Of a DNA stretch of 64,000 nt, positions 10,960-21,702 are shown piece by piece. The stretch covers positions 558,001 through 622,000 of the forward strand of contig CDRNVI010000021.1 of NCBI GenBank assembly GCA_977017575.1, given 5' to 3'. The notes below the pieces were generated by a model. That model made no database searches, had not been told where the DNA came from, and was given only the letters and a program-made list of their open reading frames with translations. The stretch's first letter is position 1. Each line of letters begins with the position of its first letter. The stretch comes from Paramoeba atlantica. Taxonomy: Eukaryota > Protista > Discosea. The position numbers and the translations under genes are program-made.

Positions 10960-12123
10960 ATGGCGCAATCAAGAAGTTCTTTATCCGATGCGTTTAATGC
11001 TAGTGCCGAGTACCCCGCACTCCAGGACACCGTTCGACTTTTGCTTGAGGCCTTTCATAAAAATATGTGGCATGAAGTCACTCTACATGCTTTTGAGCTT
11101 TTCCACAATACCTCTTTTCTAGCCCAAAATGGAGAAAGAGTTCATCAGCTTGTCCTTCACCCCAAAGCCGAGTTCTTCAATCCGATCTCTTACGCTCGAC
11201 TCTCTTTGATGATTGCTCTTACGTTTTCGCCAGAAACTCGTTGCAGTTTTTTGAAGAATGTCGTATCAAAAGATTTCGAGGCTCAGAAATGTATTCAAGC
11301 CGAATTCTCCATAGCTACGCATGCTTGCAATAATTCATATTTGTTGCTCGATGCCGCATGCCGTGAAATTGAAGACTACACGCGCCCTTTGGACCGTGTC
11401 CGTGTCTCGCCCCTTTTATGGATGCAGTATTATCGTATGCGCTGCGTAGCGCACTGGTTTCGTCAAGAGTGGGAGTTCTTTTACAATTGTGTTTTTCAAT
11501 ATTTGGCTTATTGTGACACGAACGTCACACTGGAACCTAATGATTTCTCTGCTCTTTGTGTGCAGGTTGCGATATCTGCACTTTTATGTCCTCAGCTCCA
11601 CAATTTTGGAGAGCTATTGAGTAATGTTCGTGTCAGTGAAGGACTTAAAGACACAGCTCCGTGGTTGAGCACGATTCTTCAATCATTTCAAGAAGGAGAC
11701 GTTGAGTCATGGAAAAATCTCAAAACAAAGTACTCTCTAGAAATCTCGCACAATGATCTCATACGAATTCATTCTGAAGGACTTGAGCAAAAATTCACTC
11801 TCATGAGCCTGTTGCACTATATTTTCTACACTCCGGAAAACAAGGGCCGTATTCTGAAATTTTCTCAAATTGCGCAGCGTTGCGAAATAAATGCGAATGA
11901 CGTGGAATCGTTACTGATTTCAGCGCTATCCTTGGATCTTTTCGAAGGTCGGATGGATGGCATTGCGAGAACATTAACGGTGACTCTAATTAAGCCCCGT
12001 GTATTACATCCTCAAGAAATTGGTGTCTTCGCCAAGAAAGCAGAATCTTGGGTAGATCGAATTCAACAGGCTAACTCTTTTTTGCATAGAGAATGGAATC
12101 AACAGATTGGAATTTTTTCCTGA
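10960..12123 (+). CDS. RPN9: 26S proteasome lid subunit Rpn9/PSMD13
   Basis: MWHEVT N-terminal motif and a C-terminal PCI domain (LEQKFTLMSLL...VESLLISALSLDLFEGRMD...KPRVL). Confidence 0.85.
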   Translation: MAQSRSSLSDAFNASAEYPALQDTVRLLLEAFHKNMWHEVTLHAFELFHNTSFLAQNGERVHQLVLHPKAEFFNPISYARLSLMIALTFSPETRCSFLKNVVSKDFEAQKCIQAEFSIATHACNNSYLLLDAACREIEDYTRPLDRVRVSPLLWMQYYRMRCVAHWFRQEWEFFYNCVFQYLAYCDTNVTLEPNDFSALCVQVAISALLCPQLHNFGELLSNVRVSEGLKDTAPWLSTILQSFQEGDVESWKNLKTKYSLEISHNDLIRIHSEGLEQKFTLMSLLHYIFYTPENKGRILKFSQIAQRCEINANDVESLLISALSLDLFEGRMDGIARTLTVTLIKPRVLHPQEIGVFAKKAESWVDRIQQANSFLHREWNQQIGIFS

Positions 12124-12398
12124 TAAAATCCATCATTTTAGTAGTACCGTGAACAGATAGAAAACATGGAATAATGTACACAGTTGAACGACAATTTCAA
12201 TGGTAAATGTTCTCTATCACTATACTCTATCATTCTGGTCATGTAAATGCACTCCATCTTCAAAACGTTTTTCTGCAGATCTTTTTCAATACTGCAAGAA
12301 GTATTACGCAGGAAGTCCGATACCGGTATTCTTTTTGCATCAAGATACAACGTACAATTCTTTTTTTAGTTTAATCCTTTTCGTAGCAACTCATTTTA

Positions 12399-13293
12399 AC
12401 CCCCCGCACACTTATTATTCCGTTTTTTTTATTATTCCGGAAACACTTATTATTCCGGAAACACACTTATTATTCCGTTTTTATTATTATTTCACCTTTG
12501 AGATTTTTTACAAAACTTTATCTCTGCCAATGGAAAAATTGGATTCCTGGATTCGAGAAAAATTTGGTATAGCTTGAAACAAAGAACCTTCGCCAGGAGC
12601 GTCGTGAATGGGGCGTTGACATTATTGAAGAAAGAAACTCGAATTCTCCCGATGAAGAATCCTTCAACGATGGCTCTTCCAAAGACCCTGACTGCTCCGG
12701 ACGGTCACTGGCAAGTCAGACCCTTCACAGACTGATTTGGAAGTTCCGAGACCGACGTCATCTGCCAGTTTCCGCTTGCCCAAGGCGGCACTAACGTGCT
12801 GTTACCGACACGCTGCGTCGACGAATTGTATGTCAACACGGCTATACCCAAGAGGTAAGCCAGGTAAGGTAGCTGGCTCCCTGAGAGGGGTCCTGGCCGG
12901 TCCTCCGAGTACTGGGCCTAGTCGATTCTCAACCCAGCCTCCTGGAGTGAGGCCGCCGGGAATTATGTTCCATGAGCGGGGTTCGAATTCGCCGTCTGAG
13001 GACCATGTGCTCTATGACCCAGGCTATTGTAAACGACGGAAATACTAAAAGATCTGCTGACAAGGCACGGCTAAAATGGAACAGTATCTCCCGTTATTCT
13101 TTTGTCATATCCGAATCCATGGTTCAACTTGAAAGTTCGCTTCAAGGTTTATTGTGTACATAACCTTAATTTTTCCGGAATAATAAGTGTGCGCGCACAC
13201 TTATTATTCCGGAAACACACTTATTATTCCGGAAACACTTATTATTCCGGAAAATGTGGACGAAAATATCCGGAATAATAGTGTGCGGGGGTT
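12399..13293. mobile_element. Non-autonomous TIR element with subterminal ACACTTATTATTCCGGAA repeats
   Basis: About 25-bp TIR (ACCCCCCGCACACTTATTATTCCG; 1 mismatch, 1 indel), TA flanks at 12397-98 and 13294-95. The interior 12690-13010 is homologous to the reverse complement of 19680-20010. Confidence 0.75.
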
Positions 13294-13465
13294 TAGTAAC
13301 ATTTAAGAATTGCATATTTTAATACTGTGTTAAGCGACTGGTCTTCATTTTTTGTGTACATTTTGAATTCATCACCCTCTTTCTAAACAAGCGAAACGAT
13401 TTTCTCTTCATTGCCATTTAGTTTAGAAAAATAGCGGCAAGAAAGTTTTTGTTTCTTTATAACTT

Positions 13466-14572
13466 ATGAATAATTTGTGCGAAGAAGAAATAACTACAGT
13501 TCGTTCGTTCGTTCAAAAGATTCAAGAAAACCCAGATCTTCTTCAGGATGATCGTTTGACCTTTTTTCGCGATTTCCTTCAATACGCCAGTACTAACTTT
13601 CTTAACAATCCCTGTGAGCGTGACGTTCCGGAAAACTCCTTGGGATGTGATATGGATGAAGAATCAGATATCTCCTCCGATGAAGACCCGGACCCGGATC
13701 TATGGACAGTGGAACCTCAAGACCCCTCATACGAGGAAGTCCTGGAACCCACTGAATCAGTCTCAGATGAGGCTTTGGAGACGCACATAAACAAACTTCG
13801 GTCCGAGGCAGCACAACTCATACAAGCGGGCGATCTCTCAAAGGGAATAGAAAAGATCAATGAGGCATTACGTTGTAATCCCTACAAAGCTCCCCTCTGG
13901 GCACTTCGCGCTCAGTGCTATTTAAAGTGGAAAAAGCCCAACTGTGCTGTAAAAGACTCGAACAGAGCCTTGCAATACAATCCGGAGAATGCGAAAGCTC
14001 TCCGTGTACGAGGTATGGCACATCGGTATCTGGGTAACTACGCTCAAGCCACGTTGGATTTAAATGCTGCTAACCGAGTTGATTATGACCCCGATACATC
14101 GGAAGTATTAAAGTTTGTCGAGTCTCGCGCCCGTCAATTACGCACAAAGCAACGTGTGCAGGAGGAGAGAAGGTCCGCGCGTCATGAACCGGAAGAAAGA
14201 AATTTTTATATGCCACGACAGAACAAAAGTCAAACACCCGAAGCATCGAGTACGGCAGAGACGCCATTTACGGGCGCGTCCTTCAGCGGCATTCCTAAGA
14301 TGGATTCGCTTTTTCAAGACCCTGAGGTACAAGCAGCTCTTCGTGATCCTGAAACGGCGGAGAAACTTAAAAACTTAATGAGTAATCCTATGAGTGCTAT
14401 GCAATACATGCAAGACCCAAAAATGTCTAAATTGATCTCGAAGATGATGTCATCTATGAACATGCCCTCGGCTTCCGCCAGCGGTACGAATAGTACATCA
14501 GCTCCATTCAACGATACATCAACATCAAAATCAACTTCTTCAAAGCCCCAATCCAGCGACGAATTAGATTAA
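13466..14572 (+). CDS. ST13: Hsc70-interacting protein (N-terminal dimerisation domain, TPR, STI1)
   Basis: PDLLQDDRLTFFRDFL N-domain, acidic linker, three TPRs (KKPNCAVKDSNRALQYNP) and a DPEV-type STI1 domain. Confidence 0.85.
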   Translation: MNNLCEEEITTVRSFVQKIQENPDLLQDDRLTFFRDFLQYASTNFLNNPCERDVPENSLGCDMDEESDISSDEDPDPDLWTVEPQDPSYEEVLEPTESVSDEALETHINKLRSEAAQLIQAGDLSKGIEKINEALRCNPYKAPLWALRAQCYLKWKKPNCAVKDSNRALQYNPENAKALRVRGMAHRYLGNYAQATLDLNAANRVDYDPDTSEVLKFVESRARQLRTKQRVQEERRSARHEPEERNFYMPRQNKSQTPEASSTAETPFTGASFSGIPKMDSLFQDPEVQAALRDPETAEKLKNLMSNPMSAMQYMQDPKMSKLISKMMSSMNMPSASASGTNSTSAPFNDTSTSKSTSSKPQSSDELD

Positions 14573-15026
14573 TGATTAACCGTTGGATTGTTTTCATTTG
14601 CTTTTGATTGTTTGACGTTTGAGTAGCTTCTGAATTTTCGTTTCGCACGGCTTTTTTGCTGGCTTACTGGTATTTTGGGCGTGTTTTTTCTTTGCTTTGT
14701 TCGCCTTTTGTAATTTAACGAAATCACTGTTTGGTATACGAGTCTAAGGTATAACGTAACTCACGAACCGACCGCGGAGTAAATTTGTTTAACCCTTCCG
14801 CAAAAGACATATTTTCCGCAGTACACTGAAGCCGTTAAGGAACTGCTAGAAAATGGTTTTATGATGTAGATAGTCGTTGAAATTTATAATCGTACTACAT
14901 TTCGTAGCAATATTTTAAGCGAAATTGCTTTGTGCATGTTTCGTAACTAAGTACTCTATTTGAAAGTTGAACAATTATACATGGCATAGATTCAATTGAA
15001 TCAATAACACCTTGTTTTACTCTTAG

Positions 15027-17081
15027 ATGGACAACGAGGTCATAAGGAGTCTCCACGCTGCTATTGATCGTTCACACCGGCTTCTGCTTCACCGCAATGC
15101 AATCTTTTTAGCTCATCGCCTCTATGAAATAAATCGGGATCTTAGCACAGCCCATATCTTAGCGCAGACTTACTACCTCGCTGGCGAAGTTCGAACCGTT
15201 TGTCGTTTTATAGAATCGCTCTATCCGTTTTCCTTGAATGATATCGTTGCCTATGCTCGCTTAATGTACTTATTTGGAGTAGCACAGGTGCAGGTGGGGA
15301 ATTTCAAGCAAGCTGAACGAACTTTAACTGAATTACGATATGCGTTGGAGTCAACTACGGAAGACATAGCACACGAAATTCGAGAAGACCTTTTCTGTGG
15401 AATACTTTATTGGACTTCAGAGTGCAAGAAACGGTTAGGCAGGCACGCAGAGGCAAAAAAGTCGTACTCACAGTGTTACTCTATAGATCCCACCCAAATA
15501 GCAGCGCTCGATGAAGCTTTGTGTGGAGGCGCCGATACGGATGATGTATTTCATAAATTTACAGCAGAACACTTTGATGCCGCATCTGAAAACGACACAC
15601 ACTGTAAGACGGAAAAACCGAACATGGCAAAGGAAAGTAATGAACCTGTCCCTTCCTCAGCCGAGTGCAAAACGTCAGACCCTTCTGCCGCCCCTCCCGT
15701 ATTCACACGTTCTCTTATAGGAAAACATCGGCGAAGTACGCTGGGTGGACTTACTATGCGTAGCTCCACTAGAACCACTCAGGGCTCAGCCTTGGATTCC
15801 TCTCTTGAATATTCCACTCCGGCTCCTGTGAGGAACTCTACCGCGAGGCGTACACCTCCCCCTCTCATGAAGTCGCCTCGACCCCGAAATCTTCACACCC
15901 CACCCTCAGAGCGTCGCCCGAACATGCTCGGACGTCGCACCCCATTGCAACAGTTCTCCAACTTAGTCCTTGACGGGCGACCGTCAAGTTACGGACGTCG
16001 GAGTACTTTTCTACACTCAACCCACATGGAGGACATAAGCCCCGAGAGCACTCACCCGCGACCTTTACGAAAAACCTACGCCCAGAGACTTCACTCCGTC
16101 GTGGATGTGCTAAAGCCCTACGTAGAGGCACGCCAGTGTCTCCGTGGGAGTAACACCAGTGGGCTGTCCTGTCTCACCAACGGGTCCTTCGCTACCGCAC
16201 ACAAACACGTGGAGTGGTATCTCCCGATGCTGGCGCAGACCTACTACGAGAGAGGGCTATACACGGAGGCGGTTCGGTCGTGGTCGACATACACCCGGCG
16301 CTATGCGTGGAAAATGGACCCCTCGCTTCTGTACTACAGTATAGCGCTGTGGCACACACGAGCCGTGGCTGAACTTCGTACCCTGGCACAGCGTTGTGTG
16401 GCCCAGGAACCGTTTTCCGTGATCGCTATGTGTGTTGCCGGTAACTACCACAGCCTTTGTGGAGAGGTAGAGGAGGCAGAGCGTCTGTTCACGCTTGCGA
16501 TTGGCGTGCAGGAGGATTTTGCGTACGGACATGTGTTACTTGGGTTCGAGCTTTTACGTCAGGAGGCGTGGAGGTCAGCATCAGAGCGCTTTCAACGGGC
16601 GTTAGATTTCGACCCACGTTTGTATGCGGCGATTGCGGGACTGGGCGAGGTGGAACGACGACGTGGTAAGTTTCCTCTAGCCATAACTTACTTTGAGGCA
16701 GCGCAAGCCTTGAAGCCTGAAAATCCTGCTCTAGCGACAGGCTTAGCAATGTCACTTGAAGAACTCGACGATGAAGAAGCACGCACTCGAGCTTTAAATA
16801 TTTATGATCAAATATTGGAAGTTGATTCTAAGAACCACAACGTACGCCATCGTCGGGCTCACTTGGAAATGCTTCGAACAAACTATGAAAAGGCTTTTCC
16901 TGATTTAGAATTCTTGCGGATTCACTGTCCAGAGGACGCGCTTGTACACCTCAATTTAGCGCGTTGTCATGAGAAACTCCGTCGGAAATCAGAGGCAATT
17001 TTCAACTACCAACGAGCCGCCGATTTGGATGAAAATTGGGCAGATGTAGCACGCATTTCTGTTCAAGAATTAGCTGTCTGA
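15027..17081 (+). CDS. CDC27: Anaphase-promoting complex subunit 3
   Basis: NAIFLAHRL N-terminal APC3 domain, a low-complexity S/T/P linker and a TPR block (YYSIALWH...CVAGNYHSL...FAYGHVLLGFE). Confidence 0.85.
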   Translation: MDNEVIRSLHAAIDRSHRLLLHRNAIFLAHRLYEINRDLSTAHILAQTYYLAGEVRTVCRFIESLYPFSLNDIVAYARLMYLFGVAQVQVGNFKQAERTLTELRYALESTTEDIAHEIREDLFCGILYWTSECKKRLGRHAEAKKSYSQCYSIDPTQIAALDEALCGGADTDDVFHKFTAEHFDAASENDTHCKTEKPNMAKESNEPVPSSAECKTSDPSAAPPVFTRSLIGKHRRSTLGGLTMRSSTRTTQGSALDSSLEYSTPAPVRNSTARRTPPPLMKSPRPRNLHTPPSERRPNMLGRRTPLQQFSNLVLDGRPSSYGRRSTFLHSTHMEDISPESTHPRPLRKTYAQRLHSVVDVLKPYVEARQCLRGSNTSGLSCLTNGSFATAHKHVEWYLPMLAQTYYERGLYTEAVRSWSTYTRRYAWKMDPSLLYYSIALWHTRAVAELRTLAQRCVAQEPFSVIAMCVAGNYHSLCGEVEEAERLFTLAIGVQEDFAYGHVLLGFELLRQEAWRSASERFQRALDFDPRLYAAIAGLGEVERRRGKFPLAITYFEAAQALKPENPALATGLAMSLEELDDEEARTRALNIYDQILEVDSKNHNVRHRRAHLEMLRTNYEKAFPDLEFLRIHCPEDALVHLNLARCHEKLRRKSEAIFNYQRAADLDENWADVARISVQELAV

Positions 17082-17496
17082 ATCTGGAATTGGTATGTAG
17101 TAGAAGAAATCATAAAGAAAGTAATGTTCTTTTCAAGATACAGTAGTGTATGTCTACACTCTGGTTAGGTTACACTGTGCATTGAAATCCACGATTATGT
17201 CGTATTCATGTTGGACATCATGCGCGTTGTTCGAGCACGCAGTTGTAGGGGAAACTCAATATTGCGGTCCTATCGTAGTGAACTAACGTGTATTTTACAT
17301 GTCTACTAAAACATTTAGCCATGACTCCGTGTGCTGATGTCGGTCCTAATGTTATTTCGTCAAAGATCTTAAAACCTTCGTGCTGAGGAAAAAGAATTTT
17401 GTGTTCCGTTCAAAGTACTTTTCTTGCAATTGATTATTCCTTTTTTATTTCAAGTCTTTTCCTTAAGCCATTTCCCTTTTTACGTTAGTCTATTTA

Positions 17497-18063
17497 ATGC
17501 CCAATATTTTCTCATGCGGGATATTACATTTTGTGAATATTGTTTATTCGAAAAGGAATCTACAATTTGAAATGACGAGCACCGGGTTAATCGAGACGTA
17601 TCCACAAATAGCGCCTCACAGTGACAACGAGGATTGGAGCAGACAACATCCCGAAAGTTGGGCTCACTTGCTCAGAGTAATTTCACTACCTTTGCTACGA
17701 ACTTCAAAAAAATGTCATGAAGGTTTAGAAAGCATTCAACGCGGAAATGGTGATTCTCCATCAGGGAACATGGCAAAAAAAACTTGCCTGCTTCCTATGG
17801 GTGCTGAGTTAACTATCGCTCTGTATTCGCATCGTCTTCGTCAATGCGCATTGGCTGCACTTCGAGATCAGCAAGATACTGCAATGAAAGAGCTTATTAC
17901 ACTTCTAAAAGAGCAGAAGAATCAAATTCAACACACGAAGTCATTGATCCACAGTATTCAAAGTTCCGAGGTTGGCTTGGTCAAGGACGCCGTCCAACGC
18001 AATGCACAGCATATTCTTTACAACGTGTGCAACATGACACAAACCTTCTCGAAAAAGAAGTGA
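17497..18063 (+). CDS. Hypothetical protein (probable start 17497 or 17572)
   Basis: 188-codon ORF on the cluster strand with a coiled-coil-like C-terminus. Confidence 0.5.
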   Translation: MPNIFSCGILHFVNIVYSKRNLQFEMTSTGLIETYPQIAPHSDNEDWSRQHPESWAHLLRVISLPLLRTSKKCHEGLESIQRGNGDSPSGNMAKKTCLLPMGAELTIALYSHRLRQCALAALRDQQDTAMKELITLLKEQKNQIQHTKSLIHSIQSSEVGLVKDAVQRNAQHILYNVCNMTQTFSKKK

Positions 18064-18671
18064 CATCTGGATTTTTTCATGTCTTTCTTTATCAAAATAT
18101 GTTAACCGAAGTACCTTGCTAATGAGTCTAAAGCGTTTACATACCTTGGACTTTAAAAGTCCAAGGAAACATCAATTGAACGATTAATTAAAGTCCTCCA
18201 GTAGTAGAAACTAGAAACCGAAGTCTCCCTTCCTTGCAGTTACATGTATGTATCTAAAATTATATTTAAAGCATATCTTGCCGGTGCTTTCTCTCATTAG
18301 ATTCCCTAACGCTTAAATTCGCCTTTAGATCCACTTACCGTAAAAACTTCAATTGCGGTGGTTGTATAACTACCGCTCTGCCCTCGATTATTGAAAAACA
18401 AGTGAAAACAGTGAAAATATATAGAGGAACACCGTAATGGAGTCCATGCAAGTGTGGCTGGCACTAGACCCCCTGCAACTTGACATCTTTTTTGGGTCCA
18501 CTCGGGGCCACGGTGTGGCACTGCTACTGGTCTTTGCTGATCATTTTTTATAATTTTAGTTGAGCAGATCTGGATTGTTACTGTTATTTCTTAAAAGTTG
18601 CCCCCTTGTGATGCAAAATGATACTCATTATTATTCTCTAGATTCGAACTCTCCATCTATTCAAAATTATT

Positions 18672-19610
18672 ATGATGGGAAAAATGTATTGTCCTCGCTG
18701 CAAGGTGGACCGCCACGTGTCTTTGGGGGAACCTATACGGTGTGTAATGTGTGCATGCACCATTGAAAGTGATGCAAAGGATCCTTGCATCCAATGTCAA
18801 AGGGTCTCTGTAATCATAGGCACGAACTACTGTCCTCTATGCAATGCTCCAAAGGATTCGGAACGACTTCTGCCCAGTGCCATCGACCATCTTCACGCTC
18901 GTGAGCTTCAAGAGACTAAAATTCTCAATGTGTGTGCAGAGTACGTTGGCCGCATGCTTTGAGGCACGAAACTCATGTTCGGTCACGTGGCACAGGTCCT
19001 TATCTTGATCAAGCGAGCTAAAGATGTTTCCATCAAGCGCTACATCTCTCGGAAGCAATATGCGCATACTTTAATCACCCACGCAACTCCCTGCAAGAAT
19101 TTCTTCGAAACATGTGGCGCATGTACGAGGTTGTGCGTGCGAACGAGAAAATTTTTCTCTTTTTCAAAAAGAGACTACGCGACGATCAAGCAGCTTTGGT
19201 GGAAAGCTTTTTATCGACCTTGTGGGATGCAAACCTTGAAGTTGATCCAAAGTTTTTTTCACCAAATTCAAGATGATGTCAAGGATAAACTTTTGGCTAC
19301 ACTGGAAGGAAGTGAAGTCACTTCCCTTAAAGATGACCTTCTACAACGTCGCATCATCAAACACCGAAAGACAGACAAATTCCACCTCGTCCACGTGGCG
19401 AGACCTCCGCCTCGTAGTTCCATCTCCGCAGAAGCTGAGGTTGAAATCGTAGAGATACGAGATACAAATAGAAGAAATGAGGTTAGCGGTCCGAAACGTC
19501 ATCGGAGCGACAGTATATTTATCGCCGGTTTTCGGGTCCACTCGGGGCCACCAAGGCCCACTGGGGGCCATGCTGGGTCACTCGGGCCCTGCATTGGGCC
19601 CACTGACTGA
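18672..19610 (+). pseudogene. Cys-rich (multiple CxxC) ORF interrupted by one in-frame TGA at 18960-18962
   Basis: ORFs 18672-18962 and 18975-19610 share a frame. Motifs CPRC, CVMC, CIQC, CPLC, CGAC. Embedded among GGGTCCACTCGGGGCCA repeats. Confidence 0.4.
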
Positions 19611-19679
19611 CACAGAATTTTATTTTATTTTATCACCCCATGCTGATTCAGGTGGCGGAGTGGCAAGAATTCAAAGTTT

Positions 19680-20010
19680 GAAGCACATGGTGTTCTCAGA
19701 CGGCGAGTTCAAACCCGCTCATCGCATTATTCCCGGCGGCCGCACTCTAGGAGGCTGGGCTGAGAACCGACTAGGCCCAGTATTCGGAGGACCGACCCGG
19801 ACCCTCCCCTCAGGGAAACAGGTCCCTTACCCGGATTACACCTCTTGGGTAAGCCGTGTTGGCGAACAATTCGTCGACGCAGCGTTTTGGTAGCAGTGCG
19901 TTGGTACCGCCTTGGACAAGAGGAAACTGGTAGAGGACGTCGGCCTCGGAATTTCCAAATCAGTCTGCGAAGGGTCTGGCTTGCCAGTGACCGTCCGGAG
20001 TAATCTGGAA
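19680..20010 (-). repeat. Dispersed repeat homologous to the interior of the 12399-13293 element
   Basis: Alignable by eye, e.g. GRSLASQTLRRLIWKFR versus GRSLASQTLHRLIWKFR in conceptual translation. Confidence 0.8.
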
Positions 20011-20110
20011 TTATCTGGACCTCCGAATCTACCAGGCCCTCAGACTCAACCGACTCAGTGACAACCAATTTGAAGGAAATCTTGATCTCACGAATCCATG
20101 TTCTTTTTAC

Positions 20111-20270
20111 TAAGATACAGTTTACGTACCTTGGTGTATTTTCTCTAGTTCGTCTTTTCCTTTCCCGGAAACGAGCATACGCTTAAAACTTTATGCGTGT
20201 TCGTTTCCGGCTGGCGCTAGGGCCGGAAACTCTTCTTTCCTTTGAAGAGGGGCCTCCGCTTCGCACCACC
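20111..20270 (+). repeat. Diverged copy of the 5' part of the 53143-53732 insertion (SL-like motif plus hairpin)
   Basis: AAGATACAGTTTACGTACCTTG, followed by a 14-bp stem at 20165-20178 / 20197-20210. Confidence 0.7.
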
Positions 20271-20739
20271 GTGTAGCGCGTCTTCACTGATGTATTTTAC
20301 AACGGATAACAACTCTTTCTCTGGTTTAGTGATGTTTGATCGTCTTCCTGAAAACTTGAATTTTTCTTGAAAGCATGGATCTTTATGTTGAGATTGACCC
20401 TTCAGTTCTTCCTAAGACTTTGCACCCAATTCATTTCAATAATAGAAACATTCGCTATTAATTAAAACAGAATATCGTCTCCTCATAAACGCGTAAGTAC
20501 CGTCACCTCCCCTAACTTAGAGGGATGAAACCGGCTAAACTGAAGCGAAATTCGGTTTAAGTTCGGGGTCGGTTCGCTTCGGCTCGCCTGGCGCAGTCTA
20601 TTTACTTCTACTAGTTACTGTGTTTATTCGTCTTTCTTATTCGTCTTTATGCTGGTCATGCTCTGCCAATGTAAGAACGGCTTTTCTGTCCAAGTTGACA
20701 AGTGAACTTTTCTCGTCATAGCAAACAATGTGACGAAGC

Positions 20740-20877
20740 TGTCATATTTGTCGATAATTTCACGGCACGCTTCGAGAAGGGCGTAGCACGCTCAATATCT
20801 CCGGTTTCCTCGAAGCGTTTTACCCACAACTTTACAGTGCTGTCGTGGACACCTAGGTAATGCTTCCCTATTCGGAA
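20740..20877 (-). pseudogene. Tc1/IS630-type N-terminal HTH fragment
   Basis: Manual translation gives RIGKHYLGVHDSTVKLWVKRFEETGDIE, matching the LGVSxSTVxxWVKRFxETG pattern. Confidence 0.5.
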
Positions 20878-20880
20878 GAA

Positions 20881-21310
20881 TCATGCACAACACAAAATGC
20901 TAGTCAAACCAAAAAGGCATACCAATCTTATTAGCCTGAAGGATTGGCCTGAGTATGCCTTTTCGGTTTTACAAGACTCCTTCAAGGAGTCTTGTTCGCA
21001 TTTCTTTGGAAAGTTATGGAACAACCATATCTGCTGTCCTGACTTTACTCTCGAAAGAGCAACGTAAACGGAAGCGTGAGTCAGCATACATCTGTGATAA
21101 GTTTATGGGCGTTGATTAAGATCAACGCACAAATTTCCCAGGACAGCAGCCCCTTGAACTTTGTGAATCGAATAAGAAAACCCGCAGCCAATTTCTAGTT
21201 CCTCGTCCAAGTCGTTCTTTCTAAACTCTACAGTCACTTTTTCGTCCAATGTGGTAGTGGCTATTCCGATAACGGAAAAATAAGTGCAGTCTAGTATTTC
21301 GCCCAGGCAT
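20881..21310 (-). pseudogene. PIF1/RecD-type (Helitron-like) helicase C-terminal relic
   Basis: Manual translation gives GFSYSIHKVQG...*...THASVYVALSRVKS (helicase motifs V/VI) with an internal TAA. Confidence 0.65.
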
Positions 21311-21702
21311 CATTTTTCTGTCATGTGTGCTTCTAGGCACTGTTTCGTTGTCCTGGGGCAGAGTAACGCCTAGTGGTCTTAAAGGGGGGCCACCATGGTG
21401 CATGGCTCCCCGAAAAAGCTGGGAACCATCCTTGAAAAACCGACAATTAGAAATCGCCATTGATTTCAATGGGATTGAGTCGGTTTGCCCCGTTTCGTTC
21501 AGGTGCCGTTTTTTTAAGTTTCACCTCTCTAACTAGGAATATTTTCTCGCGATGTGATGCTTCCTGTCCATCTCCTTGTACTCACCATCCTCACCCTACC
21601 AATTCTTATAATTCCTCATTTACTCTCCTTTCGTAGTTATTTTCTTTATTTCTCTCTCCCTCTCCCTCTTTCTTTTCCTTCTCTCCTTCTTCTCCCTCCC
21701 CC

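Noticed and set aside
12690-13010. Shared in-frame TGA in one frame of the 12.7-kb and 19.9-kb repeat copies as evidence of a variant genetic code
   Set aside because: The coding frame of the repeat is uncertain, and host genes (H2A.Z, CDC27, RPN9) terminate at TGA normally.
20145-20614. CTAG motifs (20145-48; 20611-14) as Helitron 3' ends
   Set aside because: Hairpin spacing and orientation do not fit the minus-strand helicase relic consistently.
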